Assembly: GCF_001194135.2 (NCBI RefSeq)
Contig: NC_068985.1
Coordinates: 64,284,706 to 64,325,823 of the forward strand
From: Octopus bimaculoides
Lineage: Eukaryota
Direction: 5' to 3'
Length of the DNA stretch: 41,118 nucleotides
Below are positions 24,629 through 35,608 of this stretch, piece after piece. Made by a program: the position numbers and the translations under genes. Each line of letters begins with the position of its first letter. Position 1 is the stretch's first letter. The notes beneath the pieces were generated by a model that searched no databases, was not told where the DNA came from, and saw nothing but the letters and a program-made list of their open reading frames with translations.

Positions 24629-25269
24629 TGCACAGTTTATGACCATTATGACATGTACACAAACAGCGAGTGTCAAATGATTTTACATTTTTTAATTTTT
24701 TACATGCCTGATATTGTCTATTTAATTTCATGCTTAAACTGCTTTCATTGTTATAAGGGGCTACTCTATTGAATGAAGATCTATACATCATGAACTATAG
24801 TGCACAAAAGTAGGTGTTAAAGATTTTACTGATGTGAGAGTTATGGTTTGATGGCTGTTAGAGATGAGAATTCAATTTACTTTCAAATGATGGCAAAGCA
24901 GTTCACAATACTTTACTAATATACAATAATGTACAATGGTCGAGTCATGATTAAGTAATTGATCAGTTTTAATGACTAGTTTTAATGCTAAAAATCAAAG
25001 AGTATCATTCTCCACAGCTGAATCCTTTTGCATGTCTCAGTAAAAAAGTGGTTTTTATAGATTTATTCACCTGAGTAAACTTAATTTTAAAACTGTAGGA
25101 TTTGGGGAAATCTGTCAACATCATGGGGTTTGTTCAAGAATTTTGAATGTTAAGTCAACATGTTTCAGTTTGATTTGGAAAGTTTCATGTACTTCCCAAA
25201 GGCAAAGAAACATTTTGAAGAAATCAACTTTGCTGTTAGTAAGGACACTCTGCCGAAGAAACTACACCA

Positions 25270-25375
25270 AAGTAGACAGTGGAGCATGATGCAGTCCTTG
25301 GACCTGTCAGATCCTGTCAAACCATCCAGTTCATGCCAGCATGGAACATGGATGTTAAATGACGATGGTGATGGT
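25270..25375 (+). mobile_element. RTE-related 3' tail fragment
   Basis: cctgtcaaaccatccagttcatgccagcatggaacatggatgttaaatgacgatggtgatg. Confidence 0.65.
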
Positions 25376-26899
25376 GAAATCAAGTGTAAGAATCTTAAAC
25401 AAAATGCATAATTATTTATACAAGTGCTAATATGACAGAAAGTTAGAGAAAACAAGACTGAGCATATCATAAATTTGTCATGTGCAGCCAACCAATTTAA
25501 ATATGCTATCCCTAACAAATAAAAATCTCTTGATGAAGATTTCAAGTGAGTTGCCTTCCAATCCAGTCCTGTTTGGAAGTAAAATCCATTGGACTTAGAG
25601 CGTATTCTTAAGAAATTAAATGTGAATGTTTACAAATAATTCCAAATAAACTTTCAGATGTAAAGTCTGAAAGTATGGAATTGTATTCCAAAACATGGTT
25701 GTTTTTAAAGTTTTTGTAATATTTCTGCTAACCATTTTTTCATCAACATATTCCTGTGAAACATTGGTTCCAATTCTAACTAATATAATAAAAAACAAGA
25801 GAAACCAAATGGATGATGATATGGGTACTACCTTTGTAGCATTACATAGTAATTCCTACCTACCTGTTGTAAACCTACTGTCTTTTCAAACTTAGCAATT
25901 AAAAGTTGTTGAAGTTAAAACTATTTCATTTTGTACAAGTTTTATTCTTTGAAATTTCATGTTACATTTTAATAAACATAAAAATTTTTAGAAATTAGCA
26001 CTATCATTTAACATCCTCCTTCCATGAGCTAGACAGTTTGAGAGATGCTGGTAAGTCAGATGATTTTGCCAAGCTCTATACTAGAAAAATAATTCACTTA
26101 TCTATGCTCATTTATCTAAAACTAAAATACATGTTAGCAACTCTACTATAACAGGAATATTTAACATAATAAAATTTCGCCATATTGGCTTAAAAAGGTT
26201 TATCATTGTTATAGAAGAATACTCAAGGTATGTGTATCTATTACAGCTCCAACAATAATTCACTGTTTTCATGTTTGGTGTACCATTTTTAATGTACTCA
26301 GGCTGAGGTTCCCAATATATGGTTTGATCTCCTAGTACCTTTTTGGAAAATAACATTCTTCAAACTAAACAACTCCATGAAATGGTCAAGTAGAACATGT
26401 TAATGGAGCTTTATGAATAGCAACACTTGCCCTTTTTTGAAGAATGCTAGAAGTAAAACAATACAGTGATGTTTTAATGGAATCATTCTATGCAGTTTGG
26501 TCTCACTTTTTCACTTGACTGACTAGATCTCTTACAAAAGCTTTTAAAATTTCCATCTTTGCTCACCAATGATACAGTCTTTACCTGGATTGTTGTCTGA
26601 AAATTGAGACAGTTTAATCCCAACTACACACAAGATCCTAAGATTAATCATGTTAAACTCTCTGCGCTATGCTAGTATCAAATACCCAGATAAATCAAAC
26701 TGACCCAATCTTTGCTAAAGATGTGGCACCATCTGGAAGTCTGCATTCTATAGAGATTCAATCAGTCTTTGACTATACTGAAGAAACTTCTAATGATAAT
26801 TGCCACAATATTGACTTGTTAAAGTCCAACCGAGACAAGCCCTGGATCTGCTGATGATTGTTTCAGTGACCTGCAGAGGGTTGGACTCAGCAAGAATGC

Positions 26900-27030
26900 G
26901 AGCGAGGTCAACTTTGCTTTTCATCCTTTCGGGGTCGATAGATTAAGTACCAGTTGCATACTGGGGTTGATCTAATTGACTGGTCCCCTCCCTCAAAATT
27001 TCGGGCCTTGTGCCTAGAGTAGAAAAGAAT
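26900..27030 (+). mobile_element. SINE 3' part with Nin-type central domain
   Basis: ttttcatcctttcggggtcgatagattaagtaccag resembles the Nin/Deu SINE domain; degenerate relatives at ~27250-27500 (both strands) and ~34560-34680. Confidence 0.65.
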
Positions 27031-27579
27031 GTGAGGGAGGGTGGTCTACTGTCAAAACTATTATTCAAGTGAAATCTCAAAACCACAACTTAAAATTCTT
27101 CCTCTATCAAAAAGAATCTTGAAAACACCAGAGAATTTAAATCTTTTAAGTGACAGTGAAAGTTACAAATTTCTATTTACCAGTTCAAATGCTTTATGGG
27201 TGGCTTTGACTGCTGATGATGGGAAGACATAATTAAAATAATTCTTTGTATTTTGGCACAAGGTCAGCAATTTTGAGGGAATGGAGTAAGAAATTACATC
27301 AATCCAAATGCTCAACTGGTACTTATTTAATCAGTCCCAAAAACTGAAAGACAAAGTTGTCCTCACTAGGATTCATCCACCTTTACCATCCAAATGCAGT
27401 TCAGGGTCAATAAAATAACTACTAGTTGAGTACTGCGATGCATGTAATCAACTTACCCCAGCCCCTAAAATTGCTGGCCTAGTGCCAAAATCAGAAAAAA
27501 CAAATTATAGTTTGATTTGATTGGTATTTATCATCATTGTTGTTTCAAACCTAAGCCAGCTCTAATCAAATAGATTTTA

Positions 27580-28157
27580 GATCTAGCATAGAAATGGGTG
27601 AAATTCCTATCTCCCTTTATTACATATACATGCATTAGAATGTAGCAGGGAACAGCTAACCTTTGGCTGCTATTTGGATCCCATTGTGTCCACTACTCAG
27701 ATTGGTTGGTATTGGTGCAATTTGTTGGACAAAGTTGGTGAGTCTCAATGTAGCTGCTGTGGTAGTGGTTGTCTGGCATTTTCACTGGAACTGGCTGTGT
27801 CATTGTGGTCAGTGGCTAGACCTTAAAAAAGGTCTGGAATTAAAGACCTAGAAACGAGGAAAAGCTGAGTTTTTTATAGGGAGCAGTAGGTTCAAAATAG
27901 GGTGGTAAACAGACTGTCCCACATGGTCCTATTTAGGGACTCTGACTGGTTATACATGGCAGTTGGCGCAATCGAATAAGAGACAAATTGCACCAATACC
28001 AAGCAATCAGAGTAGTGGACACAATGGGATCCAAATAGCAGCCAAAGGTTAGCTGTTCCCTGCTATATTGTGGACACAATGGAATCCAAATAGTGGTCAA
28101 TGCATGTATATATAATAAAAGGAGAGAAGAATTTCACCCGTGTCTATGCTACAGATC
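27580..28157. mobile_element. Fold-back element with ~145-bp terminal inverted repeats, homologous to the end of the solo LTR at 19347-20300
   Basis: Left 27580-27725 is the reverse complement of the right end. Shared blocks with 19970-20300 include tgtggtcagtggctagacct, ccaataccaa.caatcagagtagtggac and gccaaagg.tagctgtt. Confidence 0.75.
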
Positions 28158-28173
28158 AAAGGTACCCTTGTAT

Positions 28174-28293
28174 CACTAGCGTAGCTAAAATGTGTATCAC
28201 TTCCTGACCCCACAAAAAACACATTGCCCACAGCAGATCAAAAAGTGGTGCTCCTTTAAAAGTGCCGCCATCCCCACCCCTGCTACGCTAGTG
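28174..28293. mobile_element. 120-bp hAT-type MITE
   Basis: Perfect 12-bp TIR CACTAGCGTAGC/GCTACGCTAGTG; exact 8-bp TSD CCTTGTAT (28166-28173, 28294-28301). Confidence 0.85.
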
Positions 28294-28466
28294 CCTTGTA
28301 TTAACCACATATTCTTTTTTGGAGCCATACTGTAGACAACTTCAAGTTACCTACATCTAATAATCTGAAGTCGATTCCATATTACTCCACTTACACCCTA
28401 GGAGTTAGCCTGAACCTGGTTCAACCGCCACCATCTGTTGCTGCTGCTATTTGTGTGCCATGGCTA

Positions 28467-29243
28467 CAACGCGGGGATCTTTCTGATTTGACAGGCAACA
28501 CTTTTCATTTATGTTTTATGTAGTGTTTTTGGTACTGAAACACTTTCAAACTTCATATACTTGTATATTTTATGTTATAGAACAGATAAAAAGTTTTGTA
28601 TTCAAAGTTATTTCATGTAAAAAAACTGTTGTATTTCGGTAATTTCAACCAATCACTGACGTCTATTGAGGTGAAAACAATTACTGCCGTGGAATGTAAA
28701 CAACATGTACTAACGGTGTCATGGGATCTTTTCCCTTGAATAAAATTAGTGCCGTAGTTTGTCAACAACAACTATCCGTGGTACTGTTATTTATGACATC
28801 GTTCGTGCGTTTGTACTGGTTTTAGCTTTAGGGTTTTAGGGTTAGAGTTCCGGTTTTAGAGTTAGGGTTAGTTTTAGGGTTACGGTTAGGGTTATGATTA
28901 TTTTTGCCATAACCTCACTCATAACCCTAACACCCTATAACTCACAACCATAACCCTAAAACCCTAACCCCTTACTAGGGGAATAACACTCTTGACACCG
29001 GCAAAAATTATTGTTTACAAAAACAGCAGTAACTGTATTCAGCTGAATAGACGTCAGTGATTGGTTGAAATTACAGAAACACGACAACTTTAACATGAAA
29101 TAACTTATTAAGAAGAAATTTTTGTTAAGAAGGCTAAGAGAAAAAGATGTTTTATATGACACATTCTACCAGTATCCCAAATTTGAAAGTGTTTCGTTAA
29201 GAAAACAAGTGGTGCCCGTCAAATCAGAAAGATCCCAGCGCAG
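28467..29243. mobile_element. TIR element (MITE) with long subterminal inverted repeats and a central inverted TTAGGG-like tract
   Basis: GGGATCTTTCTGATTTGAC(A/G)GGCA.CACTT at both ends, TA on both flanks; degenerate (TTAGGG)n at ~28820-28895 faces (CCCTAA)n at ~28905-28972. Confidence 0.75.
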
Positions 29244-29934
29244 TAAATAAATGTTAAATCTAAAACTGTATGGGATTAAATAAAATTGTATTACCCAGGG
29301 GTAATTTGAATTGACCTATCTCCCGGAAAGTAAAGTAAGGCAAACGAAGGATCGTCAGTAAATTAAGTGTAATCTGAAATCGCTACACCGGACTCATTAT
29401 CATACATGTTTTTTATTTTTATGTTTTTAAAATTTTGAGACGATAGGCTTTTGTTCGAGGGAGATTTAACTGTTATTTCTAGCATGTCGAGCGATTATGT
29501 AGACTCTCTTCGTGGCGATGTCGCTATAACAAATGTGGAAATCTACAATGAAAATATATATTCGATATAACACCGGTACTCCTTAACATATTTTCCGGTG
29601 TTTTGTATCCAGAAATAATTATTTTTGAAAGTAGACCCTAATCTTCCGGTTTAACGCTTATGACAAATGCGCATGAATGGTATGTATAGACCAGTGAACT
29701 TTTTATCACACTAGTTATGTCACTATATTTACGAGGCAAGTCTTTCTGCAGTTCGTCATGTCCTGGGTGAAGGATAGACCGGGACTGGGCGCCTGGTACC
29801 TAGAATGTCTTCCGTTTTTAGTACAATCTACGTTACTTATAAAACACGTACTTTTGTTTATGTTTATCGTCGCTTTCCGTAAAATTAAAAATTTTTTTTA
29901 CTTATGTGTGTCTGTGGTGGGGGACAGAGGACTT

Positions 29935-30240
29935 ATCTTTTGAAGTCGGCGTAAAGCGAAAGAGAGCAATTGAAGTGTGTGTGTTGATAGGGTGTGCGAG
30001 ACAGAAAGTGTGGTGTGTATGTGAAGAGACAGAGTGGCAATTGATGTATATGTGTTGATAGGGTTTGCCAGACAGAAAGTGTATGTATGTGAAGGTGTTT
30101 TGCTGGTGTGTGTGTGTGTGATTGAGAGAGAGGGAGAGATAACTGAAATTTTTTATAATTATTTAGTTGTAGTGAGTGAATGAATGTGTGAAAGAGAGAG
30201 AGAGAAAGGTTGTTATGTATGTGTGAATAGCTAGCTTCAG
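29935..30240 (+). repeat. (TG/GA)-rich repeat related, in opposite orientation, to 33120-33560
   Basis: gacagaaagtgtggtgtgtatgtgaag at ~30000 is the reverse complement of cttcacatacacaccacactttctgtc at ~33258. Confidence 0.55.
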
Positions 30241-30269
30241 TGACACGCAAAGATTTTTTTAATCTGGTA

Positions 30270-30780
30270 TAGCCAAGTCGATTAATTAATTTTCTTTAAC
30301 TAAACACTTTGAAACTTCGGATACTGGTAGAATATGTCATATAGAACAGTTTTTACTCCTATCGTTGTTGACAAAAGTTTGTATTTTAGAAGTTATTTCG
30401 TGTTAAAGTTATCGTATCTAGGTAATTTCAACCAATCAGTGATGTGTATTCAGCTGATGAAAATTACTGCTGTTGTTTGCGAACAACTTCCGGCGGTGTT
30501 TAATTCGTTTGTCACTGTTATTTATGACATTTTATCTCATATACGCTCGTATGAATAAACGAGTTTATCTGAAGCACATTTATTTCATGACCTCTCAGAC
30601 AGACACCAACATCCCACCACCACCATAATCGTTCGTGCGTTTTTACTGCTTTTTCGAAATTGTTTATTTTTTCTGTTTTTCAGCTACTACTGTTTCAATA
30701 AATCTTTTGTGTCACTTTAGCATGCTATCTAATGCTAATTCTAAACCATAGCTCTGACCCATAACGAGGCATGCACACAA
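30270..30780. mobile_element. Partial relative of the 28467-29243 element
   Basis: Shares aaacactttgaaacttc..atactggtagaatatgtcatata and gtaatttcaaccaatca.tga.gt.tattcagctga; second end not seen. Confidence 0.6.
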
Positions 30781-30815
30781 TGTAAACAAGGAAAAAACTA
30801 AACAAACAGATAAAG

Positions 30816-31059
30816 ATTAAATCAATTTTAATGCAGGATATTACACTTTGAAGAGCACTGTAACATTCATTCCATAGAAGTACACAGAAGGTTCAGGCAG
30901 AGGTCGAAATTGTGTAATAATCTTGTAGGTGTGCAACAAATTTCAATGCAGGATACAAGCAGGGATTAAATCAATTGTAATGCAGGATATTACACTTTGA
31001 AAAGCACAGTAACATTCATTCCATGGAAGTACACATACGGTTCAGGCAGAGGTCGAAAC
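30816..31059 (+). repeat. Direct duplication of a ~95-bp block with 149-bp period
   Basis: attaaatcaatt.taatgcaggatattacactttgaa...ggttcaggcagaggtcgaaa occurs at 30816 and 30965. Confidence 0.8.
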
Positions 31060-31454
31060 TCTCTACAAATTGCTTTACTTCTAAATGTACTGTAAATATT
31101 AAGTGTATATAAATAAACTAATGTAAATATTTTCTCTTCCTTCTTTCAACCAGTTAATGAAATTTATTTCTGCAACTATGAAACTGTTTTTATAGCGGTG
31201 AAAAAGAACACAAACTTATTTATCTTCAACATACATACACGTTCAACATGTCCGTTTAAGCGTCTTGTATATGTTTTCACTACGGCGTTTATGTAGCTTC
31301 AGTTAGTATTTATGTATAGTGATAATACTTAGTGACGAGTTTTTCAATACAGATTCCTACTCAAGAAATAAAATAGATTTATTATCTATTCCAAGTCGAA
31401 ACCATATAAACAAGATAAAACACCATTGTAAAAGTGGTACCCAATCACCGTTAT

Positions 31455-31712
31455 ACTAGCAATTTTTCTCAAAGGACACTATTCTCATATCTGCGCCACC
31501 ACATGAATTCACAGATAAAGGAATCAATCATAGAACGGTGTGTACCACACCGTCGCTTGTTTTTCCACAGCTGTAGTGTGGCTCATCCCCAGTTCTACAC
31601 AATAACGGACTGCAGTCAATTCCTTGACCCAAGAGTACAAAAAAATGATTATAGTCCGCAGAGGAAGTGTGTTACCTTCTAGCCATGTACCCTATCTCAC
31701 TGATACTTTCTC
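31455..31712 (-). pseudogene. Merlin/ISXO2-like transposase remnant (N-terminal piece fused to C-terminal piece)
   Basis: Manual translation: RESISEIGTWLEGNTLPLRTIIIFLYSWVKELTAVRYCVELGMSHTTAVE..., then DSFICEFMWWRRY, both resembling Merlin transposase motifs. Confidence 0.65.
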
Positions 31713-33791
31713 GGGCAATCCTTCGATATAACTCGACAAAACCAAAACAAACACTCGGCTATTTCAGTAACAACTCAACAATTCACTTCGGATATCTTCG
31801 TTACCTCTGTGTGTGTGTGTATAATGCGTGCTTGCCAGCAAAAAGCCTTGCATAATTGTTCTTACTTGCTTCATGTGTGTGTGTGAAATCCGCAAATTTT
31901 CAAGCAGGAAACAGAATCGAAAACACATAAAAACAGAACAGGCACACACACAGACAAGAACGAGCATGCACGAACACACACAGAGGTCACGAATATATCC
32001 GAAGTGAATTGTCGAGTTGTCACGGAAACAGCCGAGTCTTTGTTTTGGTTTTGTCGAGTTATATCGAAGGACTAGCAGTATAGCCCGGCTTCGCCCCGGA
32101 TTAAGTTGGGATTATTAAGCTAATCAAGTTCTTTATTTCAAACCAAACTAAGTAACATGACGTCAAATTTGGGCAGAATCAGTGTTGCAACTGGAGCGCA
32201 TGGGTTGGGAGTTTGATCGGCAGAGGTGATCAGGTTACACATGCCATGCCATCCCTTTGAAAACACCACCGCCATCATCTAACCCCTCTTTGCCCATGGG
32301 TTAGGAAACCTTCCAGCAAGGAAAATAGAATGACCAAAAGGGCTCCTGATTCTCTGTGTCAGAAGCGGTTCTGTTCAGATCGCAACAAAGTCTTAAGTAT
32401 ATATATACATACACACACACACACACACACANNNNNNNNNNNNNNNNNNNNNNNNNNNNNNNNNNNNNNNNNNNNNNNNNNNNNNNNNNNNNNNNNNNNN
32501 NNNNNNNNNNNNNNNNNNNNNNNNNNNNNNNNNNNTACGTAAGTAAAACGTTAATGTTCGAAACTGCAGCAGTCCATAGATAATTCTTTATTCTGTATAT
32601 TTCTCATTTTGTCCTGTTCTGGCCTTTTGCGAAATTTTTCTGGAGAACATTATTTTTCTTTGTGGTTGGGTTGTTGATGACCTCTTTCTAGCATATTGGA
32701 TGTCCACCTTGTGGTCATCCCTTATACACGTGTAATACAATTTTTTCAGATTTTTTTATATGCTAGGCCACTTGGTTTTAAATTGAATTAATATTCAATG
32801 TATAAATATACATCCTATGTATAAATATATATATATATATATATATGAGCAACACACACATACACGCACGTATGTACACCAATTGCATACATATTTTTTG
32901 TACGCATACATGTTCGTATGTGTGTGTGTGTGTTGCCCGTATATCAACAAAACACACACACACATCTTGCCTTACATATAAATACGGATAAATGATTTAA
33001 AATAAATATATTTTGGAAATGGCGATTTACAGTACAATACCTAGAAACATGAAAATCAGACCACATGGGTTCGTTTACATCAATTTGGCAGTTTCCATAA
33101 AAAGTGTTGGGAAGGAACGCGAAAGAGATAGAGAGAGCACGCTCTCCCTCTCTATCTCTCTCCCTCTCTTACACACATGCCAGTTATCTCTCTTTCTTTC
33201 TTTCTCTCTCTCCCTGTCTCACACACACACATGCTGCTCTCTCACATTAACAAAAGAACTTCACATACACACCACACTTTCTGTCTCGCATACTCACTAT
33301 AATAAGATAGCGTGTATTTCTTTTTGGCAACATGTGTTTTGTGTAATGTTGCTGTGTGTGTGTGAGAAAGAAAGAAAGAAAGAGAGATAACTGGCATGTA
33401 TGTGGAAGGGAGGGAGAGAGAGAGAGAAGGTATTTTTTTCTTTTTGCTTGTTGTTTGCTGCGTTTTTTCTTTTTGCTTGTTTGCTGCTTACCACACAGAC
33501 GCTGGCAAACAAAATGTAACTCTCCTTCACCCTCCCTCTCACAAACATACAATTTCTCTCTCTCCTTCAGGCGCAAACTTCGAAATTGGTAGAAGTTATG
33601 GTTGAAAATCAATTTTTACAGGTATACGCGGGTACCTCTGAGAGAGAAAGTTGACAAAAATGCACATAGGGTCATTCCGAATCTTCTCCTAAAATTGGAG
33701 CGACATGCGTGCTAATTTGTGGACGTGCATAAACTACATTCACGTACACACACACACACACACATCCTGCCTTATATATATTTGGATTGCC
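31713..33791. mobile_element. Merlin-type MITE (~365 bp when the insertion is removed), right TIR split by a Helitron-like insertion
   Basis: Termini GGCAATCC.../...GGA[insert]TTGCC (fits the Merlin GGNRM consensus); ~100-bp inverted arms; exact 8-bp TSD CTTTCTCG at 31705-31712 and 33792-33799. Confidence 0.8.
32072..33786 (-). mobile_element. Composite non-autonomous Helitron-like element (N-gap 32432-32535)
   Basis: A|TCCAAATATATATAAGGC 5' end at 33786, hairpin + CTAG|T at 32072, inserted at an A|T dinucleotide; a second similar 5' end at 32988. Confidence 0.7.
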
Positions 33792-33807
33792 CTTTCTCGC
33801 TAGCCTT

Positions 33808-34526
33808 NNNNNNNNNNNNNNNNNNNNNNNNNNNNNNNNNNNNNNNNNNNNNNNNNNNNNNNNNNNNNNNNNNNNNNNNNNNNNNNNNNNNNNNNNNNNN
33901 NNNNNNNNNNNNNNNNNNNNNNNNNNNNNNNNNNNNNNNNNNNNNNNNNNNNNNNNNNNNNNNNNNNNNNNNNNNNNNNNNNNNNNNNNNNNNNNNNNNN
34001 NNNNNNNNNNNNNNNNNNNNNNNNNNNNNNNNNNNNNNNNNNNNNNNNNNNNNNNNNNNNNNNNNNNNNNNNNNNNNNNNNNNNNNNNNNNNNNNNNNNN
34101 NNNNNNNNNNNNNNNNNNNNNNNNNNNNNNNNNNNNNNNNNNNNNNNNNNNNNNNNNNNNNNNNNNNNNNNNNNNNNNNNNNNNNNNNNNNNNNNNNNNN
34201 NNNNNNNNNNNNNNNNNNNNNNNNNNNNNNNNNNNNNNNNNNNNNNNNNNNNNNNNNNNNNNNNNNNNNNNNNNNNNNNNNNNNNNNNNNNNNNNNNNNN
34301 NNNNNNNNNNNNNNNNNNNNNNNNNNNNNNNNNNNNNNNNNNNNNNNNNNNNNNNNNNNNNNNNNNNNNNNNNNNNNNNNNNNNNNNNNNNNNNNNNNNN
34401 NNNNNNNNNNNNNNNNNNNNNNNNNNNNNNNNNNNNNNNNNNNNNNNNNNNNNNNNNNNNNNNNNNNNNNNNNNNNNNNNNNNNNNNNNNNNNNNNNNNN
34501 NNNNNNNNNNNNNNNNNNNNNNNNNA
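33808..34526. other. Largest assembly gap (719 N); the others are 8394-8483, 10838-11184, 18003-18194, 32432-32535 and 36236-36340
   Basis: Directly visible. Confidence 1.
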
Positions 34527-35608
34527 TGAAAGGGTTAGCAGTGTCAACACACTTTACTTTACATTTCTATGTTTCTGAGGGCAATGAAATAAAATACTAG
34601 ATAAGTACTGGGTCAGTATAGTTGACTAATTGTGTCCTATAAAATTTCTTGCTTTGTGCCTTTGTTAGAAATTCTAGCAAGAGAAAAAATGGTGTTCAAA
34701 GAACATCTTCAGGCTTTTCCAAACTGCTAATGTGAATGTAGATGATGTCTTTTTTCAACTTCTGTAAATTAATGCCTGATGAGAAAGTGATTCCGTGTAG
34801 AGGTTGCCATTCTGGAGAGAAATGACTGGATAAAATATTTAGTATAAGGTTTGAGCTGTGAGACATGTTAAAAAGATGATGTGGGCTCAGTTTGATATAG
34901 TATACAGCTTATTAATTCACAGGAATAGCAGCAGGTGTTGGGGTTTTTTTTTGTTTTGTTTTCTCTGTTTTATTTGAACCATTTGGTAGGATAAAGGGGG
35001 CTGTATCCTTGGCTTTTTCATTCTTTCTGAGATGAAAGGCAAGAGCTGTGCCTTCAAAACTGGTAAGATTGATGCAGTCGATCTTGAATAATATGTTGAT
35101 GGTTGCTGAAGAAAAAACATGGGCAAGGGAATTTCATAAGGCTGACAATCTGGTAAGAAAGGATTTAATGCTTGATTTGCAGGTTAAATACAACCTACAT
35201 GAGCTTTGAACCTCTCATCGCCAGATGCTGTAATGTGGTTTATATCCAATATAGTAGTACTAGCATTATTGGGGTAATGGCTTACAATACACGGTACCTG
35301 TGTGATACAATAAGATAATGCAGCAGCAATAAGAGCATAACTATCTCTCACGAACCAACAATAAATATTCCAAATGAACAAACCAACCCACACTTTCCAA
35401 CTTCACTATGAAATAACACAAACCATATATACTCTCTCAGTTCAGTCCATTTCTCACAAGAGGGTACCTTGACTCTCATCACAACACTGAGAGTGTAAGA
35501 GGTGACTTGTGGTTACTAATTTTGTTCTGCTGACATATTTCCATTTATTCTTACGGTTCTGTTTCTGCTGGAAACCACCTCTGCCTGGTACTGGCATTTA
35601 TGTGAACA

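Noticed and set aside
25400-27230. Third protein-coding gene in a non-repetitive AT-rich block (ORFs 25165..25545, 25616..25798, 26108..26356)
   Set aside because: ORFs are short, match no family I recognise and cannot be joined by convincing splice sites; one runs into an RTE tail.
28820-28972. Ancient telomere-telomere chromosome fusion site
   Set aside because: The tract is short, degenerate and symmetrically enclosed by transposon TIRs.
33672-34600. Long ORFs of 263-293 aa (also those at 10741-11304 and 8329-8568)
   Set aside because: They consist of N-gap X residues and microsatellite translations.
35183-35393. Possible isolated exon (ttgcag acceptor; ORF 35184..35393 on minus)
   Set aside because: No recognisable protein similarity in any frame and no partner exons.
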